Source: Octopus bimaculoides (Eukaryota). From it: a stretch of 64,000 bases of DNA. Position 1 is the stretch's first letter. Each line of letters opens with the position of its first letter. Below the pieces are notes generated by a model, which had not been told where the DNA came from, searched no databases, and saw only the letters and a list, made by a program, of their open reading frames with translations. The stretch covers positions 28,849,428 through 28,913,427 of the forward strand of contig NC_068994.1 of assembly GCF_001194135.2 (NCBI RefSeq), written 5' to 3'. This document shows, piece after piece, positions 37,533 through 51,062 of the stretch. Position numbers and translations under genes: made by a program.

Positions 37533-38903
37533 CCCTCTCTCTCTGCCGCTGCTGCCACCAATGATTATGTCTTACATTGAAACAGTCATGGCTTTGTATG
37601 GAAGAGGTAGAGCTGATTGAATCGATACCAATATCTGATTGATGAATTATTTTAGCAACCCTAAAAAAGAATGAAAGTAAATACAATTCTGTTAAGATAT
37701 GAACTCAGAATATAGAGGAGTAAATGGGACTAAATGTTGTTAGAAATTTACTTCAACAAGAAAACAAATATATTTAATAATTAGCACAGACATGGTTACA
37801 TGGTTCAGAAGTTCACTTCACAACCACAGGGTTTTGCATTCAATCTCACTGCACAATGCCTTGAGTGAGTGTCTTTTACCTTGAGTGAGTGTCTTTTCAG
37901 GTCAGCTAAAACTTTGTGAGTGAAGTCTAAAAGATGGAAATTTTGCAGAAGTCCACTTGAGACTGTTTTAGTTTTGGGTTTAACATCACCACTGGGTTCT
38001 TGGGGGTCTTTAGTTGAGTTCCACTCCCTTGCAAGTGTTAATGCCAAGTCTGATCTGAAGATAATTTAATTTCACAGTCTTGGGTTCCCAAAAGGTTCAT
38101 GGTCACTGTCCTCTGCCCTTCGTCTGAGTAATTAAGATAAAAATCAATTAAGAAACTTCAGTTTTAATCATCTCCCACCGCAATTTCCCCAGAGTTTTAA
38201 GGAACAATACCTCACAATATAGATGGAATAATAATCAATTGAAACATTAATCGTTTACTTCTTCCAGTCATTGGTTTATTCAGCATTGATGAAGGGCTAT
38301 CCAATATGTTACAACAACAATTAAAAGGTAAAGACCTCCTTCAGTCATGAATGACTATGGGATTGCATCTAGAAGGTTACCCTCTGAGGTACAAGTCTTG
38401 GGCAAATTTGTTTATGGAAGACCAGCAGTCACCCATGCATACCATCCTCCCGTCTCCATGCCAATAATGTTATCCTAGGGAATGGTTAGTGCCAGTGATG
38501 TTGCAACTCCTTTCTACAGCTTGCTCAAGAACACAACACACAGCCTGGTCCAGGAAATTACTACATTTTGTTTTAGTTAGCAAAAGAACTTCTCTTTTAT
38601 CAACCTAATCTTCCTCTAATATCTCCTTATCATATTTAAACTGAAAAATAGATGCATCAGGACTTACATTTTTCAGTTCAGAATGCTGATGCTAATGATA
38701 GGCTAGTTACAACAATTCAAAGCTTCTTAGTTGCTGGTTGTCATCTCCCTATGCCATAAGTCTACTCAAACATGGTTGTCCATGGGTACTCAACAACAAA
38801 AGAACATTTCCTTAATTTCCCTTAATCTCAGTTAATTATCATTAACATTTTCTGTGTTAAAGAGAAACTTAACTCATTCTTTCCTTCTTTGTTGTTCTTT
38901 CAG

Positions 38904-39109
38904 ACTGCTGCTTCCATTTTCGATACAGTGAACATGTTCCAAGAAGCCACACTTAACAGATACCCTGCAATCTGATGACAACTTTGGTCTCTCTATCCAG
39001 CATCACTCACATATGGAATGTTCCAACAGTCCTCCACAAAGATGGCGATATTTACATTGAATACAATTCTTACATATCCTGTGCAGTGCCAGACCCCATA
39101 TTTTGACAC
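38904..39109 (+). other. Candidate upstream (5'UTR) exon of the ZNF gene
   Basis: Strong acceptor TTCCTTCTTTGTTGTTCTTTCAG| and weak donor AC|GTAAAA. All frames contain stops or fall out of frame with the ZNF ORF. Confidence 0.45.
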
Positions 39110-39233
39110 GTAAAACTGCAAACTTTAAAGGATATTTTGTTGCTAGTTTTTTTTTAAAGATTTTTTTTTACTGTTGTTAATGTTGTTGTACTTGAATGAA
39201 CGAATGGTTTAAACTGCAGGCAATTCTGTCACC

Positions 39234-39842
39234 ATGTCTTCTGAATCGATATATGTAGTGCAGCCTGCACATGAGACTTTACCTAATGCAAATGAGCAAA
39301 ATGCATCAACTGTTACTGAAGATCCTATTGAGTATAAACCTTTGGATTTGCTTGAACACCTCAACCAAACAACAAATGCGTTGGCTCTATCAACATCGCT
39401 GGCCACAAACGCGAACGCTTTGGCCACTATAACTTCCACAATACCCACTGCAATGATTAACATGGGCTTGCTGAACAGTCGGCGTGAGAAGCCTTTTAAG
39501 TGTGAGGTATGTCGCAAAGGATTTACATTGCGTGCATATCTGAAACGACATCAGCAAATTCCTGAGGTGGAAAAGCACTTCAGCTGCGCTTACTGCCATA
39601 AGGTCTTCCCACAGAGAGACCGGCTGAAGAATCACGAGCGGACCCATTTGGGTGTTCGCCCTTACAATTGTGCCTTCTGCAGCAAAAGCTTCTCCCGTAA
39701 AGACCACTTGAAAAACCACCAACGCTGCCATACTGGCGAGAAACCTTTCAAATGTGGAATTTGCCAAAGAGCTTTCTCCCAACGAGACAGACTACGGAAT
39801 CATTCTCGTACTCACACGGGTGAGAGACCATTCCAATGCCAA
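39234..39842 (+). CDS. Kruppel-type C2H2 zinc-finger protein, first coding exon (gene continues)
   Basis: Acceptor CTGCAG| at 39217-39219 and ACC-ATG start. 203 codons: a low-complexity N-terminus, then finger 1 (degenerate), fingers 2-4 (CxxC-x12-HxxxH with LGVRP/TGEKP linkers) and the start of finger 5 (TGERPFQCQ), ending at donor AA|GTAAGT (39843). Confidence 0.92.
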
Positions 39843-39935
39843 GTAAGTAAACTCTTTGTTGCTATAAGATTGCAATTCTACAAAAGTTTTAGATTGGTTC
39901 AATCAAAATACATAATAACTTTATATATGTGTGTG

Positions 39936-40053
<118 letters not shown>

Positions 40054-40285
40054 ATTACTTACAATAATATTCCATCACTCGCTCACTAAGCAATAGTCAC
40101 CTAAGGTTTCATAACAATGTATTCTGACCATGGTGAAATCAACTTAGTGCCTTTCAAATGTTAAAAGTTCCCTGTTGAGATTTGAGCTAAGGCCTATATT
40201 ATTACTAAGACAGTATCGATATAGGCCCCCAAGCAAATTAGTGCACTAGACCCTATGGTATTTACTTATTGATTGCAAGCCACAG

Positions 40286-40398
40286 GAATACATAGACCAA
40301 CGAGAATTATGCCCCAGACCATTGAGCCCTCCAGGCCACTGGCCAGTGTGCCCTTGCCTGAAGGTGGCACTGTTAAGGCCTCATTATTTCTCAAGTAA
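40286..40398 (+). CDS. Candidate alternative terminal exon (GIHRPTRIMPQTIEPSRPLASVPLPEGGTVKASLFLK*)
   Basis: GC-richer island. CAG| at 40283-40285 is in phase with a phase-1 donor CGG|GTGAGA at 39820. The polypyrimidine tract is weak. Confidence 0.3.
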
Positions 40399-40808
40399 CA
40401 TTGATCATGATGATCAGAAACGTTGTTTTAGTGTAGTCTTTGATGAGTCATGTTTCAAATATTTATTTATATTCAAACAAATGTTGTTCTTGTTTGTTTA
40501 TTTGGCCTAATTGACTCAACATTGCTTATTATTACATGATTGCAACATCAACACTCCTCTTATTTTTAGATTTTCTGTTTTATTTCCTCTTTTGTTTTCC
40601 ATTTGTTGTTTCTTTTTTACTTTTAATCTTCACCAGGGGTCATGTTAGTAGTAGTGGTGTGTGTATAAAAGGCAAAAGGGAGGTGAGTGTCAGATACATA
40701 GAATATTGACCAAGATGTGGTACCCAACAGCAGTTTCTACTTTCAGTAATCTCGCAACAATCAGACTTTCTCTTTACATAAAGGAATATACACACACGTA
40801 CACACATA

Positions 40809-40956
40809 CATATGCATATAGATACATTTATAGACACTCAAACACATACATATATATACACATGATTACACACACAAACATATGCATATAGATACATTTA
40901 TAGACACTCAAACACATACATATATACACACATGATTACACACACAAACATATGCA
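40809..40956. repeat. 70-bp tandem duplication
   Basis: Unit starts at 40809 and 40879; the two copies are near-identical. Confidence 0.9.
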
Positions 40957-42689
40957 CACATATCGTTGATTGAACTTTTAGTCATCAGTGAATGAAAAGC
41001 AGCAGCAATCCTCACTTTTCGCAGAGATTCCAAGACTAGGGTATTGAAAAGATAACAAAATATTAAATATCAAAATATATCAACATATCAAGATATCATC
41101 AAGACTACAGAACTGGTCTGAGTGCTTACAATGGAGAGGGTACTGCGCTGAAGGTACCCTGGTACACTAGAATCAAGTAGAAATGATAGACTGGGTAACA
41201 AATGTATGTATTCCACTCATTAGGGCAAGTAAATAATGACTTGATGGAATTGATAATATATCATTTTAGCACATTATTTCCACCCCTTACTCTCTATTTC
41301 ATTATCTCTCATTGCCCAGTGTAAACCTACTTCCCTCGATACTACTCCTCCTCAGTAGAGGTGGTCTTGCAAATTACTTGGTGACCTCACTGCTGCTGGT
41401 GCCAAGTAAAACACATCCAGTACACTATATAACTGGTTAGCATTAGGAATGGTGTTCAGAAATAGAAACTATGCCAAAGCAGACATTAAAGCTTGCTGCA
41501 GTCCTCTGGCTTGCCAGTGTTTCTGTTGAACCAGCCAACCCATGCCAGCATGGAAAATGGATGTTAAATGGTGATGTTGATATTATGACAGCAGAGTGAA
41601 CAGCACTTAGCTCTGAAAAAACTATTTAGCTATTAAGACTTATCAGTGAATCATTGAATGTTGTAGGTGCATTGCTTATTTTACAATAACGGTACCTGCA
41701 CCACCAACAAAACTACTTCCTTTTGTACATCTCATAGGTATGGCTGTGTAGTAAGAAGTTTGCTTCCCAGCCACATGGTTCCTCATTTCATGGCATCTTG
41801 GGCAAGTGTTTTCTGCTGTAGTCTCAGGTTCACCAAAGTTTGTGAATGGATATGGTAGGTGGAAACTGAAAGAAGCCTTCACATAAGTGTAGGTGTGTGT
41901 GTCATCATTAGCATCATATAATGTCTGCTTTCCATGCTGGCATGGCATGGGTTGGATGGTTTAACAAGCTGACCAGCTGAAGGGTTATTCAGTCTCCATA
42001 TTTGTTTTGGCATGGTTTCTATAGCTGGATGCTCTTCGTAACACCAACTATGTGTGTGTGTTACTATCTCCTTACCTTGACTTTGTGCGATAGTTGATCA
42101 CCATCATACAAGTAGTGTCCTTCATTTCCAACCTTCTGTGAAAACTTGTCTTGTCATAGAGGAATGTTACCATATGCGAAAACAGGCGAGGTGTGGCAAC
42201 AAGAAGAGCGTCTGGATGTAGAAAATCTGTCTCAAACAAACTTCATTTGACTCATGCAAGCATGGGTTAAAACAATGATGATGATGACCTAATGATTGAT
42301 AAAATAACTCTCATCATGCACACTGTTTTATATGACAAATATCTGACAAATACCAATAGTTGGGTTGCCATTATAATGTTAATGGACTTATCCAACTGAT
42401 TTACAAATTTACTATGTCCTTTAATTCTTTCAATATGTTGCATAAATTGGTTTTGGCAAATTCCTGCAGTTCTTTTATATACTATATCATTTGACTGGAA
42501 ATTTTCTTATTTCAGCTGTATTTGTTTTTCCATGAATAATTTCTGTGATTCTATCTGCTGCAGGGCAAGGCATGTTTTTTTGCCAATTGTGTATAATTTC
42601 TTAGCTGTGGAATTTAAGTATGAGGTTTTAAATTATACTCTTAAGTGAAGATTTTTGTGACCTTCACAGGTTTTCTGTGATTGATATGG

Positions 42690-43200
42690 TTGATGTAGTT
42701 AATGTTAACCTTGAACTTCCACAGCAAAAACATGGGCAAGGAGTTCCAGAGGATGTTGTTTTGGGAAGAAGGACTTGGTGTAGTGATTAATAGAGGACTT
42801 GACAATTGCAGGAGGATAAACATGAGAGTTGGGAAGACTTGAGTGGTGTTGGCACAAGACCAATTAGCTCCAAGAAGTAGAGCCCACTGTAGCTGGTGCA
42901 AAAAAAAAAAAAAGTAGAGTGAAGGAGACACAGCTCATTTGAGAGTCAGAGACTGGAATGTGTTGGTGAGCGACCATATGTAAATCAGTCAGGTAGCCTT
43001 TGTGGGGGTGTGGTGGAGTGTAGGCTGTATCAGCAACAGCACTGTCCCAGATGTAGAAGTAATTCCTTCCAGGAATTTGCTACAGCTGTTGTTGATTGTG
43101 AGGAGTATTCATCCAACATCCTTATCGAGCAGTAACCATAGCAACTGTTTATCTTTCTACCATCAGGAAATAATTTGAGGCACACTTGGACCATATTAGC
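42690..43200 (-). mobile_element. CR1-type LINE ORF2 3' fragment
   Basis: Frameshifted YFYIWDSA, FLELIGLVP, YTKSFFPKT and LWNSLP..FKVNIN. Confidence 0.6.
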
Positions 43201-44279
43201 AAACTCAGAGAGAGTCTTTTCAAGAACAATCACTCATTTTGAACTCTACTTTGTACCATCGTTAATGTGTGTGTGTGTGTGTGTGTGTAGTGGACAAATG
43301 CTTTATATATTTCATCAACATAATTATGTTTTTATAATTTATGACATCAGGTGGTGTGGTGTGTGGTGGGAGAAGGAATGTGAGGCTCTTGGACTAAATG
43401 TCTTATGTTTACTTTATTCCTTCCACTTTCTGAGATCAAATGCCACTGAGGTCATCTTAGCCTCCACCCTACTCTTGAGTCAATAAACTAAACACCAGAC
43501 ATTTGCAGTCATTGATTCAACTGTCAATAATCTCTTGTCTGTAAATTTGTGGCTTTTTGCCAATCTAAGAAATTATTATTATCATTGTTGTTCTTTGTGT
43601 CTGGAGCAAGAGGACATGTGTTCATGGTCATAAGTTTTCTTTAAAAATTTGTTGTTTTATTAGCTGGTATTCCAAGTTTTGTTGAACTAAATAACCCTGC
43701 TCACTGCAAGCAGAGCCTGCTAGTGTGGCAAGAATTCACCTTCGAAGGGCAAATTTTGAGATTTAAAATTGCAAATTTAATATTTTGAAGCAAAAATATC
43801 AATATGGCTTCCCAAATTGAGTGGCCGATGACTGTTGGAATAGCTGCTATGACATTGTTTTTCCTTCACTATTCAATGTTATCAAAAATCAAAGCACAGA
43901 CAACAACAGGAACAACAACAAGCAAGCAGCAGTGATGAGTAGGATATATTTTTAAAATGATGCAAGCACAACTTCCACTATAGTCCCCAACACCACTACT
44001 ACTACTGCTACCGCCACCTTAATTGATAAGACAACAACAGCTTTTCCTTTTCCGAAGCAGATTGGGAATGGTTTTGCACAAGCTTGCTGGCAAATGAAAG
44101 AAGTTGAGTTGACACAAAAAAATGTTGAGCAACACTAAGTTGCATTTAACAAAGAATGACAGAACAGTTTCTCTTAATGCACTGGAGGAAGTGCAACAAG
44201 ACACTGAGAAAAAAACACTGTATATAAATATATATCATTAAAGATGAGACTGGAGCAAGCAATGCAGGTCTAGATTTAA

Positions 44280-44790
44280 AAAATGCCTGGGACTGGTCTG
44301 GAGTTTAGAAACTTATGTCACCCAAGGGAAACACTTTGGCACAGTTGAGGTAAGATTCTCCACTGAAGAATTAGCCAAAGAAAATGTCAAAGTAACCCTC
44401 AAAAGCAAGGAATTATGGCTTATTCCAACATACCTCAGTTGGTGGGGGTTGTCAAAATAAGGGTAGCAGAGGTGTCACCAGAAGTAGACACCTTTTCGCT
44501 GATAGTAGCCATATTACACAGCATAGAGGATAAAATAAAAATTCTGCAAGTCAACAAAACAAGAAAGAAGAATTGGTCAAGCACAGGCATGAAATTGTGG
44601 CTACACACTAATCTGAACAGTATCAAAGCCATCCCTGACCTGAGCAACCTAGCTAATGGAGCACAGATATTTGTAGCAGTAGAGGGCAGAAAGCCAAGAT
44701 GCCATATTTTTGCTGAAACAAAACATTTAAAGGCTTTCTGTTCCATGCAAAGAAAAGAAAAAATCCTGCTAACACAGTAACAGCAGCAGA
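44280..44790 (+). mobile_element. LINE ORF1 (gag-like) remnant with degenerate zinc knuckle
   Basis: ...IPDLSNLANGAQIFVAVEGRKPRCHIFAETKHLKAFC, i.e. VxVEGRxPxC-x2-(C>F)-x4-H-x4-C. Confidence 0.65.
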
Positions 44791-46824
44791 ACCAACACCA
44801 CCACCACCATTTTCTGTGGCTGGATTGTTGCAGTGTACAGCAACATCTATTCAGTAGTTTGAGTGAATAGTTACCCATAGGAACCATTCAGCTTCATGCG
44901 CTTGGTCCATCAAGAGTGTCCCCTCTCATCTTCTGTATGTACTGGTTATAGAGCCACTACTGTGGAAATTGGAGGCATCAAGTGGAATCCCACACAAACA
45001 GATTTCTTAAACTGATATCTTCCAGTTTAAGAACTCCTTAACTAAGTTATTTACAATTACATGTTCTACAAAAAAAAAAAAAACCCAATACATACCAATA
45101 TGTACAGGCATAATTGTATGATGAAAATGTTCACTTTGCTACCATGTGACTTTGGTGCAGACTCACTGCATGGCACTTGGGTCAAATGTCTTCTACAATA
45201 GCCCTGGGCCAACCAGTGTCTTGTGAGTGAATTTCATACACAGAAACCTTACAAAGCCTGTATGTGTGTAAATATCAAAAAATAAATCCACAAAACTCTA
45301 ATGTTGCAGTAAATCCAAATCGGACCAACTTGCATGTACAGACATAATTGGCTAAAACAACCTTTAAGAGCAATGTAACAGAAAAGCATAAATTTCACAT
45401 ATAGTTCATACTATAATTGTGCTCAACCCCTGTTCCATTAGGTATGGTAAACATTAAGATAAACATGTGTATAATTACATAATTGTGAAAAGTAATTAAT
45501 TTGAATTAATTATGTACCACATATATGTAATTATATTCAATGATGTCTGTTAATGAAACATCTGTTATGAAATATGAACTATATGGGAAATTTATCTTGT
45601 GCGTGTGTGTACAGGTATGTGTGTTTGTGTAAATGTTTATGTTATTTCTCAAAGGAAAACTGTTGAAGTTGGAAGTTTTCATGTCAAGGAATTATCCAGT
45701 AGCTCAGCACTTTCAAACAGACAAAAGAAATGAAAAATCCCTCACTTGTAAAAACTGATAAGGGTTATTGTCAGGAAGAACATCATCCTGTAAAATTCTC
45801 CTGTAAAAATGATCTCTCAGTAAATGTATTATCATATCCCATGCTAGTATAGGAAAACAGACATAAACTGAACTAACAAACGAATATATGAATGGATTTG
45901 AAATCAGCAACTTTGAACTGCTGGTCTTTGTAACTATATCTAATTGACCATTTCATGTTAGAGTGTAATGCAGCATTTTTCTTGTTTTAACTGCCCTCAG
46001 CCATCTACACCCTCTAGATTCTCTGATTTCTTTGAACAAGTTTTCTCACATATTAGATGTTTGGTGTTGGTTGCTAGCCTCTCTCTCTCTCTTTGCATAT
46101 AAATATCTTTACTTGTTTCAGTCATTAGACTGTGGCCATGCTGGGGCACCACCTTGAAGATTTTTAGTCAAATGAATTGACCACAGTACTTATTTTTTTA
46201 AAGCCTAGTATTGAAAGAAGTGTATTGACTGCATTGCTATCTTGGAAAATAAAACCTCATTTGATTACATTCCATGAGAGTATCTTGGTTAGCCTATGAA
46301 CTTTTTAACCAACCCTCATACATACATATTCAGTCTAATGAACAGGAATTTGAAATTTGAATAACTTGATACTGAAATGCCACTTGTGATAACCATAAAT
46401 AACTCTCAACATCTCACCTGTACCTACATACACTGTATATGTATATATACATATATATCATCATTTAATGTCCACTTTTCCATGCATGGATCAGATTGGA
46501 TTTGTTGAAGCAGATCTCTTATGGCCAGATGCCCTTCCTGTTGCCATATTTCACCAGTTTACAAACAAGATAATATTTCTCCTTGGAAGAATGATAATGA
46601 GCAACATTGCTTGTATGATAGTGATACGTTGATGTCAGAACGAGTGCACACACATATGATGAGCTTCTTTTACTTTCTGTCTACAAAATCCACTCACAAA
46701 GTTTTGGTCATCTTCAGGCTATTGTAGAAGACACTTATCCAACCTGCTGCTCAGTGGTACTGAACTCAAGATTATTTGACTGGGAAGTAAGCTTCTTAAT
46801 CATGCAGCCACATCTGAGCCTACA

Positions 46825-46856
<32 letters not shown>

Positions 46857-48189
46857 AGTGTATGTTACATGAGTTTTAGTGTGCCTAAATGTGTTTTTGT
46901 AAGGTCAGGACTGAGGAAAACAGAGTCAGTGCAATCTTAGTTGCCAACAGTTCATACCAAAGAATTTCCCAGTAAAATGGCTAAAAATAGCATAAACAGA
47001 GTATTTTTGTGGTATGCACTGATATGACCTGCAGTATTTAGCAGAAAGGTGTCTGGCTGTGAAGGAATCACATCTTGGAAATTTTTTTTAGATATTCAAT
47101 TCAGAAATNNNNNNNNNNNNNNNNNNNNNNNNNNNNNNNNNNNNNNNNNNNNNNNNNNNNNNNNNNNNNNNNNNNNNNNNNNNNNNNNNNNNNNNNNNNN
47201 NNNNNNNNNNNNNNNNNNNNNNNNNNNNNNNNNNNNNNNNNNNNNNNNNNNNNNNNNNNNNNNNNNNNNNNNNNNNNNNNNNNNNNNNNNNNNNNNNNNN
47301 NNNNNNNNNNNNNNNNNNNNNNNNNNNNNNNNNNNNNNNNNNNNNNNNNNNNNNNNNNNNNNNNNNNNNNNNNNNNNNNNNNNNNNNNNNNNNNNNNNNN
47401 NNNNNNNNNNNNNNNNNNNNNNNNNNNNNNNNNNNNNNNNNNNNNNNNNNNNNNNNNNNNNNNNNNNNNNNNNNNNNNNNNNNNNNNNNNNNNNNNNNNN
47501 NNNNNNNNNNNNNNNNNNNNNNNNNNNNNNNNNNNNNNNNNNNNNNNNNNNNNNNNNNNNNNNNNNNNNNNNNNNNNNNNNNNNNNNNNNNNNNNNNNNN
47601 NNNNNNNNNNNNNNNNNNNNNNNNNNNNNNNNNNNNNNNNNNNNNNNNNNNNNNNNNNNNNNNNNNNNNNNNNNNNNNNNNNNNNNNNNNNNNNNNNNNN
47701 NNNNNNNNNNNNNNNNNNNNNNNNNNNNNNNNNNNNNNNNNNNNNNNNNNNNNNNNNNNNNNNNNNNNNNNNNNNNNNNNNNNNNNNNNNNNNNNNNNNN
47801 NNNNNNNNNNNNNNNNNNNNNNNNNNNNNNNNNNNNNNNNNNNNNNNNNNNNNNNNNNNNNNNNNNNNNNNNNNNNNNNNNNNNNNNNNNNNNNNNNNNN
47901 NNNNNNNNNNNNNNNNNNNNNNNNNNNTTTATTTGTTTGTTCTACATTTGAAGCTGAATTTAATGCTCAGTTTGATGACTAAAAAAAATTGAAATTCTGA
48001 GTCACAGTAGTGAGAAACCTGTTTGGATGAATATATAAATTTATGTATGGAGTACTTTTGCCTCATGTTTGTTCATTCATATATCTGTACATACAGACAT
48101 TATATTTATTTCCTTCATTTCTTCTATACACTAGTAGTAGTAGTACAAACACCATAACACTACACCAACATCGGTTATTCTTCTTTTAA

Positions 48190-48545
48190 CGTCTTTTACT
48201 TGTTTTCAGTCATTGCATTGCGGCCATGCTGGGGCACCATAGTGAAGAGATTAGTCAAGCAAATTGAGCTCAGTACTTATTTTCTAGATCTGTTACTTAT
48301 TCCGTTGGTCTCTTTTGCTAAACCACTGTTACAAGGACATAAACCAACCCCAGTTGTGAAGCGGTGGGAAGGGACAAACATAATATCACACTCCCATATA
48401 CAAGCTTCCACACTGTTTCCATTTACCAAATTCACACATTAGGCATTGACTGGCTTGGAGTTTTAGTAGAAGACACTTCCCTACAGTGCTGTGCAGGGGA
48501 TTGAACCCAAAACCATCTGATAGCAAAGTGAGCTTCTTAATCACA
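48190..48545 (-). mobile_element. SINE family A copy
   Basis: Tail and head in reverse orientation. Confidence 0.8.
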
Positions 48546-49350
48546 TAAATTGTGATGGAAACCATTTTATTATGGAAAACATTAGTGGTTATTTAAAGTT
48601 TTAATTTTCATTTTCTTTGTTTTACATTTTGAAAATTCAAATTGGTCAAACTGAAATATTGGTTTCACATACTGAAATTTTAAGTATAGTTGTATTGGAA
48701 TTGAAAATTAAACTCAAATCAGACTAAAATTTCTTAGAAGTCTGAAATTTGATCAAATTAATATTTAATAATTCTGAGTTAAAAAAACAAAACTTAAAAC
48801 AAAATTAGTTTTAGTTATTTCTTCTCTCACTCACACATTTTTGCTTTATGAAAATTTCTCTTTCTTATTTATTTTTTCATCAAGCTGACATTTCATATAG
48901 AAAAACCTGTAAAAACTTGAAAAGTAGACCTNNNNNNNNNNNNNNNNNNNNNNNNNNNNNNNNNNNNNNNNNNNNNNNNNNNNNNNNNNNNNNNNNNNNN
49001 NNNNNNNNNNNNNNNNNNNNNNNNNNNNNNNNNNNNNNNNNNNNNNNNNNNNNNNNNNNNNNNNNNNNNNNNNNNNNNNNNNNNNNNNNNNNNNNNNNNN
49101 NNNNNNNNNNNNNNNNNNNNNNNNNNNNNNNNNNNNNNNNNNNNNNNNNNNNNNNNNNNNNNNNNNNNNNNNNNNNNNNNNNNNNNNNNNNNNNNNNNNN
49201 NNNNNNNNNNNNNNNNNNNNNNNNNNNNNNNNNNNNNNNNNNNNNNNNNNNNNNNNNNNNNNNNNNNNNNNNNNNNNNNNNNNNNNNNNNNNNNNNNNNN
49301 NNNNNNNNNNNNNNNNNNNNNNNNNNNNNNNNNNNNNNNNNNNNNNNNNN

Positions 49351-49410
<60 letters not shown>

Positions 49411-51062
49411 GATTCAAAATAGAAATATTAATTTCTAGTTTGATATCAACTACTCTTTATTGTTGGCAGTCAACACTAAATGTGTGAATGTATTGGTGGT
49501 AAAATATTAAGAAATTAATTTTTGATTGAGTGATGAATGTAGCTGTTCAGTGAGGAAGTCTCTGAGAAAATTCTCTGCTGCTGTGCCACCTTATCTATAA
49601 TTGAGTAGTAGTAGTAGTAGTAGCTGCAGCAGCAGCAGACATTGCTGCTCCAGGTCACCTACCAGGTGCTATGTAACTCTCCCCACTCCATATATTGTTC
49701 CTTATATACCAAATAACTCGTTAATGGTATAATGTCCAGTGGGACAGTCCGGCCATGTAGTGTTCGCTCTGTTTCTGTACATTTCTTGTTATTTATCCCA
49801 GGTTAAGCTCCTACTGAGCAGATCTGTGATCTAAGACATTCCTGTCTTGACCATCTTATCCAGGACTAAAATGTCTAATTCATCCTTTCCTTATTTATAG
49901 CAGTAGGGTGTTATTTGAGGTAGATGTAGTTGGTATTTCTAGCAGATTGAGTCACTGTATACTTGTTGATTCTTCTGTGCACCGTAGAATCAGGTAACGG
50001 GCCAAGGTATTATCTCTGTGATATGTATTCATGTCTTGTTCTGTAGAATCTGATGGTTATCCAAGATACACTTGGGCAGAGTATGATTTCAATGATATAT
50101 ATCTTGATTTCTAATAAAATTGAAAAATTATTCTGTTGCTTTTAAGAGATTGATGTTTGAGCTATTGACTAGATCTCTCCAGTGTAGCTCAACTTATTGT
50201 TGTATTGAACTAATACCTGGTTAGCTGTACTTTTGTAGGCTCATTGTAAGAAGGTTAAGACATTGACTTTAAAAAGTTCATCAACCTAGATGTACAGATA
50301 TAAAACATCTGGTTTGTATGTGTGTCAGCTTGACTTAAAACTTCATTACTATATCAAGTCTTGTGATTAACAAGTTTGCTTCACAACCACATGATTCTAA
50401 GTTCAATCCTGCTGTGCTGCATCTTCAGCAGGTTTATTTTAGCAGGCTTGGTTGTAAGTAAGAAGCATACTTCCCAACCATGTAAGATGTAAACACCTAC
50501 TACATTGTTAATTAATCTCAAATATTACATTATGTATAGGTGTCATAGCTAGCTGGGTCAGCAGAGCTTCGGATGATTGGCAAAAGAATATTGTCTTATT
50601 GTTGTTATTTTTACACCTGTCACTAGCATAACACATCCAGTGGAGCATGCTTCCTTCATTTCTCTCCAACCTATTGTTATCTACTGTATTACGGATATAA
50701 CCAAGTCACCTAACACTAGCTGATTCAGCACACTTTCTCACTCTGCATTCCATGTCAGTTTCTCTACTAAATCCAAGAACTATAAGTCAAAGTAGAAGAA
50801 AGTGCCAGTGGCGTGGACCTCAACTTGCCAGGAAGTGACCCACACACTTGATTTCATGACCTTCCTCTGTGGCATACATAGAATGAAACATGCAGGATTC
50901 AGTTATGAAACTGCAACAGACTGCCGCTAACCTGGTTATAGTTCTGAGTGGCACCTTCTGTAGCATGTCTGTCGTGCGTAGCCCTCTTCATCTGTTCATT
51001 CAGCCGTTGAAATTTGTTGTAATCATCATCCACTTCTTCCATTGTTTGTTATCTACAGCATA

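Noticed and set aside
39690-39730. PLAG1/PLAGL orthology suggested by RKDHLKNH
   Set aside because: Only one helix matches from memory; linkers and neighbouring fingers differ, so no gene symbol is assigned.
39390-39782. 130-aa antisense ORF over the ZNF exon
   Set aside because: Antisense open frames are common opposite C2H2 arrays; no independent signals.
40214-40221. Perfect TATCGATA (also 12609-12616)
   Set aside because: Isolated 8-mers without promoter context; expected by chance in AT-rich DNA.
47049-49438. Long ORFs of 170-305 aa
   Set aside because: They consist almost entirely of N-gap.
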